Of a stretch of DNA of 64,000 bases, positions 1 through 13,625 are shown piece after piece. The DNA comes from Camelus ferus (lineage: Eukaryota): positions 93,870,001-93,934,000 of the forward strand of contig NC_045697.1 in the NCBI RefSeq assembly GCF_009834535.1, written 5' to 3'. The notes beneath the pieces were generated by a model. The model had not been told where the DNA came from. It did not search any database and saw only the letters and a program-made list of their open reading frames with translations. Position numbers and translations under genes: made by a program. Within the stretch, counting starts at the first letter, position 1; every line of letters begins with the position of its first letter.

Positions 1-1011
1 ATCGGGAAAGAAAGACTTTTCTGAAAACCGAAAACTGTAAAAAAGAATTCTCTGACTTTGCTTAAGATAGAATACCAAGAGGGTGATTTTGAATTTCTTG
101 TAACAGAAGTAACTCTTAAGAAGTCAAAGCCTTTGGAACTGGAATACATACTAGAGTCCAGCTGTCTCAACACAATAATGTTACAGATTGTAAAATCAAA
201 GTGCTGAAATTTTAGGGATTTTTCTACAACTTTTGCCAAATGACACTATATTATCGTATTGGAAATTGAGCAAGCCATGTAAACTTCTCGTGCCTCAGTT
301 TCTTCATATATAAAATGAGACTAAACAAGGCTGATGCTAAAAATAAACAAACAAACAAACAAGAAAACAAGGCTGATGCTTAAAATTTCCCAAGCCAAAT
401 CTAAAATTTATACATTTATACATTCTAGTACAATATTTTAGATTCTCTTTACACCTGAAAAAACTAAACCTATGTCTATATGACTCCAGTATCATACATC
501 CATTTATGTGTCATTTTCCACTTTTATATGCACACTGAAAAAAAAAAACATATAGTGAGTGTGGATTTTATTCAGTAGCCCCCACGGTCTTTTATGCCTT
601 TCCACATGGAAACCTAAATCCTTCCACGTTTCTTGTCCTTGGAGCAATAATAACCTCAAGGTCCTCTTGTCTTTCCATCCCATGCTTTTTCTGCTAAAGT
701 TTCCTCTTCCTCTAAAATCTGCCCAGACTCCCTTCCCAATTCTCTTTGCTTGAACTTTTATTTCTTATTCTATTCCTCTGGTGGTCTTGACAGCGTTCCT
801 TAAAACAGTCTGCTAAAGAAGTTGCAAGTAGCTGTCATTAACATTTATTTACATAGGGTGTCTGACAGCAGTGCTAGCTGATTTTCTCACTGGGTTCCTG
901 AAAACACCTGAGACCTACTAGGAAACAATCTTGCATTTCATAAATAGAAGATGTGGCAGACTGATGCGGGGCTGGAAGGTAGGGAGACACTAGAGCATAG
1001 CGATTTTTTTT

Positions 1012-1175
1012 AACCATAGAATCACTAGGTGATCTTTAATAAAATCACTGTGACCAAGCTGCTCTCTATACCAATTAAATCAGAATTTCTGGAGGTAGGA
1101 CCCTGGCATCCGTATCTTTGAAAAGCTCTGCAGAAGATTCCATGTACAGTCAAGATCAAAAACTACTGTTTAGAA
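1012..1175. mobile_element. MER5-like hAT-Charlie MITE
   Basis: agaatcact...aattaaatcagaatttctggaggtaggaccctggcatc...aactactg is the recognisable MER5 pattern. Confidence 0.7.
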
Positions 1176-1945
1176 CAAATATCCCTTGAGATTTTCAGCT
1201 CCTTCAAGGCAAGAAAGGTTAGAAACAGAGTCTCTCTAGGACTTGGTGGAAGTCATTGTTGCATAAGAGGAGACACAAGGCCAAATAAGAGGAAAGAACA
1301 AAGCTATCTGATTAGTCTACCAATAGCTCAGATTATATATAAGCGATATTAACAGCAGATTTACAGAGCACTGGATTTTTTCAAAAAGAAAGACTGTTTC
1401 TTTTCAGCAAGCAAACCAACAGGAATGATCTCTTACTTCTAGCATCTTAACTCACACAAGTTAGGCAAGGAATCTCAGAAATAAACCATAACTGAAAAGA
1501 AAAATCAAACTGATGAGATACAGCACACTTCCTAAACAACACTGTTAATCTTTAAGAATCGTGACAAGACAATGTACTTTTTTGTGATTAAAATATTATA
1601 TTGTAAAATAAAAATGCTAGAGTGTTTTTTTATTTCTTTGCTTCTCCAGTTAAATTACCATTTACTGTTTATAAATAAATATCTCTTCTCCATTATTTCA
1701 GAAAGTTCTATAGGATAGAATTACTTTGGACAGTAACAATGATCTTAAATATCTTCAATGGCTCTCCAAAGTGAATATTAATTATGTCACACAATCTATA
1801 TTATATAAGCCCAGATAGTTGAAACATGACAGGTGGAAAATCTATCCACAGATTTTGTGTGATGATTTAACAAGTCAATATGCAAAGTTAATTGTATTTA
1901 GTTTCTTTTTTGGAGGTCTTATTCTGTGACTACATAATTGCTTAC

Positions 1946-2540
1946 CATTTCTGACCGCTCTTCTCAGGCCTTTTTAGGAAACCTCCAATAAATATCATGT
2001 ATTTATTCAAATACAAGAAGAAAATTGCATCATCTTCACTGAAAAGATGCGCTACCAAATTGAAATGGACATATATGTAGATCCCATTTGACGAACTTTT
2101 CATTCAATTAAATTCAGAACATCCATGTCCACAATGTTCTTTTAAGTATGGGTTGCTGGCAGGAGTGGAAAGCATTTTGCCTAACAGAACCATATATTTT
2201 GAGATATTTGTTAAAATCTGTTTCTCTGTGCATTGAAACATCTTTGGAAACACTTGTCCACGCTGAGCTGTGAACTTTTACTGCTTCCTTACAGACCTCC
2301 CCTTATTCCACTATAGTTTTTGTTGAAGCTTTTATAGAATTGCAAGAAACTATAAATCATGTACTTCTTGAAACATAATTTGATGTTATTCTGCGATCTC
2401 ATTTTTATTGCTTTACATTGTCACCGATTTTCATCCCCGTCTAATCTTAAGTAGCTGGAAGTTTTTAAACCATCTCTTTTACTATTGCATTTTTGAAATA
2501 TACAAAGCATTAGATAGAGCTCAGTATAAAATATTGCTGT
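1946..2540 (-). pseudogene. RGSL1-like 595-nt exon remnant
   Basis: cttgtttctag ... ATG/gtaagc. IFYTELYLMLCIFQKC vs NFYTHTKMTMAKEEAC; DFNKYLK vs PFRDHLK; YLKEHCG vs YLNEQIG; FSEDDAIFFLY vs LDEEDYWFLLF. Several frameshifts and stops. Confidence 0.65.
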
Positions 2541-5500
2541 CTAGAAACAAGAGGGCAAGATTTGTGAGAAAATAAGCTTTTAAACCACTTCAGTTTTGGT
2601 TATACAATGTGGGAGACTGGAGCAAATGAGTAATAAAAGGCAGAACAACTGAGTCTCCTAGGGTGCTAAATTAAGAATTTATAGTCTGAATGAAGTCTCT
2701 GTAACCTCATTCAATTTTCAAGTTATTGCCGATCTTAAACAATTATGAACACAGATGACATGGCAATTTTCACTTATACATCTGCAACGGTGATACATAT
2801 AACATGCAAAATTCATTTTGATAGCAATGTTAATTGGGCTAATGTTCTCAAAACAAAGAAAAAATAATTTTTAAAAAAAGCAACATTTTGAGCAAGTAAA
2901 ACTGGCTTGAAGAGCCAATATATTTTTATTTTACAACAGATGGGGCATTTACTATTTTAAGATGGTTAGTAACTGCAGACGACATTCACATAAACATTAC
3001 AAATGTGCTGCGAAATAGGTGATGCTTCTGGAGTTACAATATAAAAAATTATAAAACGAAACAGATTAGAATTTAGTTTTTTTTGCAACGGTACACAATA
3101 AAAACGGTTTCATTAAAAAAAAATACTAACTATTGACAGATGGGTGATCCAATGTTTTCCCTACCAAAAGAACTTTAGTGTTGCTATGCTTTCTAAGAAT
3201 TAGCCTTCAAATCCATATAAAATTATATCTGTTTAAAAGTATATCAGAATAATGGAGTGTGGTAATATATCTAAGTCATATAAGACAGTGATGATTACAG
3301 AGGTAGATTCTCCGTTCTATGCAGTGTTTTCTTTTTTATCCTACCAATAAATAACATAAGCTTCAAGTGATATACTACATCAGCTTATTGGCTTAAGGAA
3401 TCAGATAAATTTGGGGAAAATAATTAGTTCCTTGAATTAGATTAAGCTACTAGTCTTTAGTTGCTTTTTTCAGTTTTGCTTATACCTAGAAAGAGGTTGC
3501 CTTTTACTTTTTAATGGAACCTCTATCTGAGCAAAACCGAAGCGCCATTTGTGTTAAAATCCAGTAGATTAGACTCTTCACACGGGAAATCACATTAAAA
3601 GAAAATGTATTACCCTTGCGTTAGTATATTCCACTAAGAAATAAATATAGGTTACAAAGGTAATAAAGTCATGGATATTTTTTAGTGCATTTTTATGATA
3701 TTCCTTTGGTGAATAATTATGCCTTAATATAACTTAGGTATTTTTGTTTCCCCAGTGTTTGAAATGTTTGGCCTGTAATTATTTTGGAGGATATCAATGG
3801 AATATAAGGCAAAAATCTTAAATATAAGAAATGAAATATCTAAAAGAAAAGGAAGGCATTGGGATTGAATTGGAATAATTAGAATGTTTTTGTATAAATT
3901 TACACTATCTTAATTCAACTCATTTTTCCAATTTCAAGAATGGAGACTAGATTAAAACTTAGAGTGTGTACTATTAAATACATTCCTCTACAGCTAAAAT
4001 GTATTAGATGCATCTCAATTTTAAAATGTAATAATTTAGGGCCACCAAATATTGTAAGTACATATATAAAATCAGATATTTTAGTATTTTTATCTGGTAA
4101 ATAATTTATTTTATATACAAATAGGTAATCAATAAGATGGGTGAAATTGAAGAATTTAATATTCTTTTGAATCACACTATTTAGTAAATCAAATACTGTC
4201 ATTTTATAAAACACAGCATATAAAAAAGCCATGTTAAATATATTTCTTTTATTGATAAAAGTTATTTTATTCATTATATAACTTTTTAAATAGAGGCAAA
4301 AATATTGGCACATTGAATAGGTTTCTACATAAAATGCCACATCTTTATAGTATCTAATTCAATTCACACATAAGCCATTACTCTATCTAAAGAGACAAAA
4401 GATAAAAAGTCTTTCTAAATTAGCCTGTAAGTTGCTACTAGGAAATATAGGCTCTGAACTTTCTCAAGGATAAATGTTCTTAGCCTGGGAACTTCACCTT
4501 CTACAAACACGTTATTAAATTTTAGTTCACAGAACAGAAACCCACAAACTTATTTTAAAAGCCTGCAAAGAAAGATAAGGCAAGGTCAGCTCTGTAACTC
4601 TTTAGTCCTGATATACTTAAAGCATTTTCTGTAATATTTTAAACTTAACTTAGATACAGAATGTTTTCCTATTCCAAGAATGGAACCCAAGATATGTGTG
4701 TAGGAGAGAGAAAAATGGGATAATATAACTAAAACATGTTTTGCTTAATTTATATAATTTTATTTCTATATACATCAATATAAAAAAATTTTCCAATGAC
4801 CTATACTTTAAAAAGTCAAAAATTCAAAGCTATATTTTAAAGTGAGTGCAAATGCCAACACTGAGGTAAAAGAGACTTTTAAATTTTAAACAAGTGTAGA
4901 ATATAATTAGGAAGATAAAATATTAAATTACAAGTCTTTCATAATATTTTTGAGAGATTTTCTTATGTCTTCATCTTCCATGTCAAAAAAGACATGACTT
5001 TGAGTTTTTCGTTAGGATTTACAGTTTTTGACAAAGTTATCTCTGTAGGTTTTCCCTTTTATTTTCTCTATAAGAGAGTATGATAATTTGCATGTATTGG
5101 AGACGTATCAGATCTAACCTGTCCATCTATATACACACAAACTTATCTACATATAAGTATTACACATATACACACATGTACATATATATATGTAGACACA
5201 ATTATATATATGTATACATGTGACACTTAAAACTCATTGTGAAGTATATAAATGTATTTTTATGTTTTCATATAACACACTGTCTGTTAGAGATCTGTAG
5301 GTTGGCTGTGGTTTCATTTCATTTCACTCTTACATCTTTACAACAATCTAGGAATAAGCCATCCCATTCTTGATGTGTAAAGCAGACAGTTTAGGGGATT
5401 AAAGTTGCTTTCTCTGAAGTTCTGTTTCCCAGGTACCCTCTATATTTACTTTAGAATATTTAGAAAGCTACTGCTGCTCTCCTGAGTCTGTGGACTTGGC

Positions 5501-7269
5501 TGAGAATCATTCAAGTCCATTCAAAGACAAGGGAATTTATAATGCTGAATTTATCATTCAAGATTTCAGTGTTGATAGAAAAAATAAATGATACAAGCCT
5601 ATCTCAACTACAACATTAACTCTAAGAATTTCTCTTTATAAATTTGAGTGTCCACTGGTAATACACTCAAATTTTTCTTCATGAATCCTGTTTACTTTAT
5701 TCTTCAAAAAGATCCTATACATTTTTGAAGGAAAATATATATATATATATTTTACTAAATTCTAGTGAAAAATCCTAAAGAGGAACATCTTTCTTAAAGA
5801 TATAAAGTTAGCATCTTCAAGTTCCTACTTTATCGTCCTTGTAAGCTAGCAGTAGTAGTAGTAATAATAGTAGTATCCTGGTGTTCTTGAATGAGAATTC
5901 AGTATTTTCCACCATACTTTTCAGATTATCATCAAAAATGTTTTTAATGATTTAGACTTTCAAGAACTCAGAAATTTCCTTTCCACAGTATTTTTGAAGG
6001 ATTCTATTAAACACTTTTTTATGAAGAAATAGCAAGTTTTGAGATTCTTATATTTCTTAGGTAATTATAATATCAATAAAATAGAATACTTATCAAACTG
6101 GAATCTACAATAATTTTCAAAATATCATAAAATGAGTATTATATGAAATAATATTGAGATTGAGGCAGATTAATATTTTGGGGTGAATATAATGCACAGA
6201 ATCTTGAAGCAAAAGATGCTATCAATATATGTTTTGTTTCTTTAATTTCTTAGAGACTTAAGAGTAGGAAATATTTTCTTTGCCTTTTGACAATACAATA
6301 GTTCAATAAATATTGACACTTGGTTTTAGGGTCTGTGAGTCAATAGGGAGTATTAGGAACTTTGATGATTATAAGACTAGAATAATCATACATCATTTCC
6401 CTGAGACAGTTCTGGCTTCTGCATGATAGTGAGGCATGCAATTTAATAGAACACCTTTTCATTCCCCAAACTATATCACTTTGGCTGGTAACTTTAATGG
6501 TGACTCAACTCTGACATCCCTAAAGTGTGTAATTCATACCATGTGAATTTGATACTGCCAGATATTCTAATTTTTGAAAAATATAAGTTTGGATTTTTAT
6601 GTTATTTACCAATTTTTAAATATTGATAATTTATTCAAATACACTAATAATTTAAATCTGTTATGCAGACTGACAAAACAAAACCCATTTGATCTGGGTT
6701 TACTATTGACAGACAGTTAACTACTCTGAACAAGAATACAAGAAGGGTTTCTTACTGATCATTGAGAAGAAAATTATCGTGTTTGCTCTTTTTTTTTCTT
6801 TTTAACTATTGATGATCATAAAGTCACAGTGAAGGCTTGAAAAATATTCCAAATCTGTAGTATAAACTTTTTGAACTCAATTCCTGTTTGTCCATTGACC
6901 AGAGCAACAGAGGTCTTAACTGTATGTTCTTAAGATGATTTGGTTAAAGTGTAAGTTTATTAACAGTGGTCTTCTATGCTATCTCTTCTCAGTATATTTA
7001 CTTAAATGTGCCTATATATGCTACTTTGTTCTTTCCTAAATAATGATGACTGAAATTGTATTTCTCTTAAGATGGTATTAAAAGAAACTGAGAAAAGGAG
7101 AAGCGAGTAGTTGACAGCCATGAATATGGAATTGGAGAAGACTGGATTCACACGCCACTTGTGCCTCACTGTTCACTGAACAAGCTATTTAAACCTAACT
7201 TTGAGAGTGTTTGCTGAAATGAAATACACAGCACCTGTAAAATATTTCCGCATAATAATATGATCTTTT

Positions 7270-7400
7270 AGGCTCTGAAGTCAAACACAACTGGCTTCAA
7301 ACCCTTGTTTCTTTGTCTATGTGTCATGGACTGTGTAAATCTGAACAAGTTAGGTAAACTTTCTAATTTTCAGTTTCCTTGTAAATAATTGGCATAAAAA
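7270..7400 (+). mobile_element. MIR SINE fragment
   Basis: Core-like ctgaacaagttaggtaaactttct...cagtttccttgtaaa. Similar fragments occur near 265-325, 14660-14800 and 54445-54660. Confidence 0.55.
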
Positions 7401-9301
7401 GGCCAAATTTTCAAGATTATCAAGTGGGAAAAGACTGTATCTCTATCTGTTTGTCTATCTATCTCTTCTTTCCAGGAGGAAAGTGTCAAAAATGATAGGA
7501 GGTAGCACGTTTCCCCAATGGATAGGATGTACTTTAAAAGACACTGATATTTAAGGAGCGTTTTAATAACCAGAAGACTGATCCATGTTATTGACTGATC
7601 CATGTTATTGACACTATTGTTATTTCCAATTCTCTCCTGCCTATTCAATAGTACATATTTTGGACACAGTACACAATTGGTAATCAAATGTATTTCCTTT
7701 GTGTGTCAGAAACAACTATAAAATTCCTCTTTAAATGAAAAGGCAAATAGCTATTTACACACTCAGGGAGAGATCAAAGTCTACCTAGAATCACTGATTC
7801 CCAGAGGTTAAAAAGGGTAACATCTGTTGAAGAATTAAGTAGTTATTTCATTTATTGCAATAAGCTCCATGATAAAGAATGAAGAAAATGAAAGAAAACA
7901 CCTCTCCATGTGGTATACTGGAAATTCCTTAACTAAAGAAATATTTTTTTCTCTTACTATGATCTATGCTCTTCTGCTGGCTCACCAGTATGCCATTTAG
8001 TGTATCTTCCTCAACAATTTGCATAGCTCACTAAGAAAACTTCAAGAGTTAAAGATATGCTGCGTTTTCACATGGTGGTGGGGGTGGGGGTGGGGACACA
8101 CTTCACACTGAGCAAAGAAACTAAACCCGTAGAAACTTTATTCACACGTGGTCCCACAGAGAGCTAACAGCAAGATACTCCATATAACGTGAAGGTAATC
8201 AATAAGCATCACTGACTTGGCTACAAGCCAAGCTGAATGGGGTTAGAATACTGAGGATCCATGTAGGGAAGAGAGATGGACCCAGAAATTAATTCAATTC
8301 CTTATGAGTTTGTAGGTCATTTCTCACAAAAGGACAGTAAAAAGTTGAAGAATGGCAGATGTGTAAACCGTAAAACATGCGAGGAGATGTTAGGAACCTT
8401 GAGAAAATATCATATTTTCATTTGTGATTCTGGACTAAGTTCAAGTGAGCAACTTTTAAAACACCCTCTCCTCCTGCAAAGGTGCACACACACGTATCTT
8501 ATGGGAAAAAGATAAACTGCATATTTGCTCAGGCTGCACATACCTCTTTTCCTATACGCTCCCTGACAACAGAGAAGATGGTCAGCAGTACTATGGCAAA
8601 CAGCAGCGCACAACAGCCACAAACTAACGGGAAAGAGCACCCTACACCTGAGTTAAGAATTCTAAAGAAATCATTGGACTTAACCGTACAATTTAGAGTA
8701 AGTGACTTCTGAAAGAGGATGGGGCAGACATCTTGGTTCCACAAGCAGTAGATAAGAAAGACATACTATCAAATTTGGTTCAAGTTAATGCACATATAAT
8801 TTAGACTCAATAGATCCTAAGAAAGGCTTGTGCTAGTACTAGTACTTGGTCATAAAATATTTTCACTTATCATCCAATAAATTCTGGATAAGTCTTTCCA
8901 AATGTGATTAATTTAGTTGGCAAATATATTAGAAAGAGTAACAATAGCAATTTAGAAATATTCTTGTTTTGAATAACAACTAACCAAACCAGGCAATGTA
9001 CTAAGCACTTTATGTGCATTAATACATATTAATACATATACTTGCAATCTTAAGAAGAAGGTACAGTATACTGGGATTTACGGATAATTAAATTCCTTCA
9101 AAGAAGACTGAAAAGTGATATGCAGAGATTAAATAATTGTATGATATTCTCAAAAAATATAGCTAGAAATCCAAATGGACATAGAAATTTAATGAAGTCA
9201 ATGTACTTACTTTATTCTCTGCTTCTGTTTTCTCTTTTGCTTCTGTAACAGATAAGAAATGAATAAAAACAAAATTTTAAATGTGAATCTTGATTGTTGA
9301 C

Positions 9302-9535
9302 CTTATGTTTTATTTAAAATTGTAGCTATTAAAATTATTTGACATATCAACTTAGACATACAGATAACTTTTTCACAACTCAAGGATCAGTCAGTTAAAA
9401 ATATGTTTGAAAGCAGACAAGGTTGTGTAACTGAATTATCTCAAATGTAACATCCTTGCACAGTTAACTAGTAGTCAATTGCAGACAAGAGATGATCAGA
9501 ATCAACAGACATCAGAGGTGGTTATTTTATAGCAT
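9302..9535 (-). pseudogene. RGSL1-like exon remnant
   Basis: Follows a 93-nt GT-AG intron. The spliced junction reads DICLFVQ|ML*NNHL vs RGSL1 DYYLSLLLMLRATHL. Candidate donor AAG/gtcaac. Confidence 0.5.
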
Positions 9536-9628
9536 CTGAAATAATACTTGCCTCTGTGGAATTATTTCATAGACCTCCAAATGAATGTACAAAATTTCAA
9601 GCATAACTCCCCTAATTTTTGAGCTTAC

Positions 9629-9838
9629 CTGGACAAATAAACAAATATCAGGACAGAAATTTGTTGGACTTAATCAAAACAAATGCCAAGAGAAATGTAA
9701 CATGAGAATTTTTGCTGTGTCATCAGTTCTAGTACTGATAGTAGGGAAATGACACCCTGCTGGATGAAGCTGATTTCCAAAGTTTTGCCAGAAACCTTTA
9801 AGATCCCCTGAAGTACTCCAGTTTTGTTGGAGAATAGA
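9629..9838 (-). pseudogene. RGSL1-like 210-nt exon, one in-frame stop
   Basis: Follows a 79-nt GT-AG intron. SILQQNWSTSGDLKGFWQ...PAG...TAKIL...DICLFVQ; donor CAG/gtaagc. Resembles the RGSL1 GEELVDFWILAENIL...DYYLSLL segment. Confidence 0.6.
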
Positions 9839-9917
9839 CTAAATGCAAGGCGAATTTTAGATAAAAGTTACCTCCTAGTGTGAAAATTGTCACTCTCTTC
9901 TAATAAAATGTACTAAC

Positions 9918-10061
9918 AGGCCAATGATGAATAGATAATATTTGAGAATGAATGACCTCATTCTTTTTTGAGAGTGACAAATTGAAAACATACCCTAAAC
10001 TAAGAAGACAGTTTACAAAAATCGGCAGTGGAGAGTCTACCATATTTAATTTCCCTTTATC
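9918..10061 (-). pseudogene. RGSL1/RGS22-like 144-nt exon, open frame
   Basis: tttgttttcacag ... CCT/gttagt. DKGKLNMVDSPLPIFVNCLLSLGYVF vs RGSL1 YKGLLTWLEKCRLPFFCKTNLCFHYIL and RGS22 ERLPAFLESDCYFEYRL. Confidence 0.65.
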
Positions 10062-12371
10062 CTGTGAAAACAAACAAATCAAATGATCGAAGTTTTGGTG
10101 TTAAAGAAACTGTTACTGAATAACAAAAACCTGATGGTTATAATGTTTAAACAGTGACATTTCAAGATCTAAAGTAGTTTCAGAATCATCCTCAAACAAC
10201 ATTTAATATGATTCATATGTTAAGCATAATCTTACTCCACTCTATTATTTAAAACAAGACCTCACAAAGTGTGCTTGATATCTTACGTCATTTTCATTCC
10301 ATCAGGCAGAACGTTGTATTCCACAATCATCTTAGATGAATCGTTCTAATGTTCATATATCTGAGACGTTGAATAAGCATAGTATATTTTAATTAGCTTT
10401 CCAATATCACTTTAAAATGAGTGGTGTCTCAGAGTACGAGCACAGGGTTTCCTGGCACTGAGTATTCTCACTCACTGGCTAAAAGATCCCTTTTTAGGTA
10501 CATTGCAACTTTCTACTTTCAAGCATATGACAATCTGTTCTACGGATTTAATCACCAACCTGACCCATGAAGGTGACAGAGGCTCAGTTAAGCCTGAAAT
10601 AGGCATTCATACAGTTTCTGTGCACCACACAGGATGTTAAAGTACTTCTCCAATGGACTCACAACTTCAGCGAAAATACAAATGTTTGGAACAACAGTTG
10701 ATAAAGAGACTGTAGATTAACTTCCAGAAACCCCCTGAAAGAGCAGTCAAGCTTTTTCTCTCACATACTATTACAAACATTTATTTGAACTAAGAAAACA
10801 GATCAAATTTGGAAGTCATTATTCTTGGGAAAAAGAAGAGAACACGGTAAGAAAGCGCTTAGGATAGCCCGTTGACATAAGTCCTCTGGAATGTGAGGCA
10901 CGCGTGGACATACAGATTTGACGTCTGCCCAGCACCTCTGTGTCTGCAAGTGTGGACAGAACTACTGTCAAGGGCAGGATGAGGGGAAAGGACTGCCTGA
11001 ACTGGCACATTCTGTCACAGCAAGAATTTATGGGTTTCCTTGTGCAAAAAGAACCTCGCAATATGAGGTTGTGTGGTATATCACCAGAGACAGGATGGAA
11101 AGATGCGAGAGTGATTAAAAAAAAAAAATTGGTTAGGATCACATTGCTGATATAAGATAAATTTTCAATGTGCAGGTGCTCAGAGGACTTTCAAGAACCT
11201 ATACCAACACTTTACAAAAAGACACCTGCCCTGAAGAGGCATTCATACCAGACGAGTTACATACTACAGAGAAAACTGGAAGACTGGGAATGGTTACATT
11301 AAACACAAATAAGTAAATAAATAAATAATATTTTCTTTCACCTATTCCTAATTTCTACTCTCTCCATCTCCACTCTGAAAGATCCAAAAGAAAGAGAAGG
11401 AAGAGTAGGAGGAGAAGGAAAAATTATAGATAAATAGACTATGTCCCTCAGACACATTGCAAGATCCTGAGCGAAAAGGCAGTCCTAAGTAAAAAAAAAA
11501 AAAAAAAAAAAAGGAATAGGAAGTAAATTGGATCTGAATTTTTTTGGATTTAATTTATTTGCAAGTGAGCCTTCCTCATCTTTCTGGAGGTATTTACTAT
11601 GAGTTTTTGCTTAATTATTTTCCTCAAGACTCTAGTTTTGTTTCTTCCTTACTTATGGATTCTTCAACTTTCTGCCTTTGTTGCACAGTGATGTTGCTTT
11701 TCAGAGAACCCATTTTGTTTCTTTGTAATCTTATCTTTTAATCTCTAATGAAAGTCAGGCCTTTTAGTTATTAATAACTATCTGGGATTTGGCCAACAGT
11801 TTAGGCTTTAGCTTATGCTTTTATGTATGAATTTGGGAGATGATGGAAAGAGAGTAACTGTTACTGCCGGCTGGGCTTACAACTTTCTTTCCGCCACTCC
11901 TTCCAGAGCTCTTCCATTAAAGAGCCCATTGCTTTACCTTGTGACCATTCATCCTCTATTGAAATTGCAGAGTACAGAGCAGGAGTTAGGGATGCTCAGA
12001 ACATGCCAGACAGCCTGTATATTTCTACATGATCCACATAACAGCCAGGCTTCAAAACTACCCTGGAACTGTCTAAAAAGCTGTAAGGCTTATGCTGCAT
12101 TTTGCATCTCGTGGGTATATATATATACTTATCCAGACCCTGGACAGTACTTCGTCTCTGTCTCTGCCTCTGGCTCTCGCTTTCTTTTTTTTTTTTTTTT
12201 TTTTTTTTTGGCTCCGTCCTATAATTCTTTTACTAACAAAGAAAGTTTCCTTGAGACACTATTCTTGCCTCAATCAATTAAGAGCCCAAGTACTTCCTAA
12301 GATTAAGTTACCCCAGTGGAACCTAGCACTTCCTATGCCACAAAAAGTTTAACTAATCAGTGGAATTAATA

Positions 12372-12928
12372 TCTCGACTGAAAAAAAGTGCACAACCTTA
12401 AAGTTGAGAGTTATGTTTTATTCAGCGGACTTTCTGAGGACTCAAGCCCAGGACTTTCTGACAGGAGGCAGCCTCTTAGATTACTCTGAGAGACTGCTCT
12501 GGAGAGGCAAGGGGGGAGCCAGAATATATAGGAGCTTTTCAGGCAAGAATCGGGTAGTCAGAACATCAACAGATTACTGCTAACTAAAGAAAACTAGATA
12601 GTCCAAGTTAAGGAATTAAGGTGCAAAGGTCTGGGCTCAGACCCTGCCAGACAGCTTGCGTGTTTCTTTGCACCTTCCCATATGTGGAAAAGCTCTGAAT
12701 TGAAATCATTCCTTTGATATGCACCTAGCTATCTAGGGCCAGTGTCCTGTTCTTTCACTTTCTGAGTTCCCTCGGGGCACCGGTGGGGGTGGCTGCAGAG
12801 GCTGGGCTGCCTACGCATCTCCATCCTGAGCCCCCTCAGCTCACCGTGGAGCAGTGGTAGTGGCTGATGACTTGATAGCCACGGCATCCTTTGTTTACTT
12901 ATACGGCTAGCAATATTTTTCATTCATA
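12372..12928 (-). mobile_element. ERV1-class solo LTR (MER41-like)
   Basis: 4-bp TSD aata/aata, AATAAA on the minus strand near 12420. Clear homology to 36580-37026 (gattactg..aa.taaagaaaa; gaaatcattcctttgatatgcacc). Confidence 0.8.
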
Positions 12929-13625
12929 AATAGCTAGTTTATTTGCCTGTTTTCCCCAGAAGACAATAAGCTCTATATGGGGATATAAATCCTGCTTTCA
13001 ACTTCATTTCCAAATTTACCTAATCTACCTTTTACAACACTTAAAAAAAAAGAGAGAGAGAGAGAAATGTAAAAGTTTTTCAGTCCATTAGGAAAGCCAA
13101 ATTTTGATTAGATCTATTTGGTGGAATAAATGTAAAAATTAAAATATAATTACACACACTATTTTCTCAGAGCTCATTATTTCACTGCTTGTTCTGAATA
13201 ATAAAACAAAATGAGAAAAAAATTATTTTCATACACCAGGTACTTCCAACTATGGAATTCAACTGCCATCATCTGTAGATAGAGTATCCCACTGAAGTTC
13301 ATCCACACATGCAGCCAGAGTAATAGATGATGGTGGAGATAAAAGAAATAACAGTTAAAATAACAGTTAAGTACACTAACTGCATTTGGCTTGATAGATA
13401 CAGGAGGGAAATTTGAAAAAAGATCAACTGTTGGAAATTTTACCTTAGAAGCAGGGCTCTAAATGGAGTGAGAGGGTGGGGATTTCTGTGGACCTCAGAT
13501 AATCTAAGCTTGAAGGAGTATAAAGCAAATTAACAAACTGACTTCCCAGATGGGAAACTGTTTGCTGATTCACTCTTTACTGAGAGTAACTTTAATGTAG
13601 AGGCTGTACTCCAGAAAGGAGATAC

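Larger units (their letters stand above)
1946..10061 (-). pseudogene. Decayed RGSL1-like module (second multi-RGS-like unit)
   Basis: Four GT-AG-bounded exons of 144, 210, 234 and 595 nt, all starting in phase 0. Their motifs follow recalled RGSL1 in order. Confidence 0.65.

Noticed and set aside
3915..4340. 141-aa ORF
   Set aside because: Very AT-rich and F/I/K/Y-biased, with no motif or splice support; a chance ORF.
5640..5674. 12-bp inverted repeat aaatttgagtgt...acactcaaattt
   Set aside because: An isolated short hairpin in AT-rich DNA with no supporting context.
11815..12352. 161-aa and 86-aa ORFs
   Set aside because: They run through a poly-T tract and LTR-like sequence, with no recognisable product.
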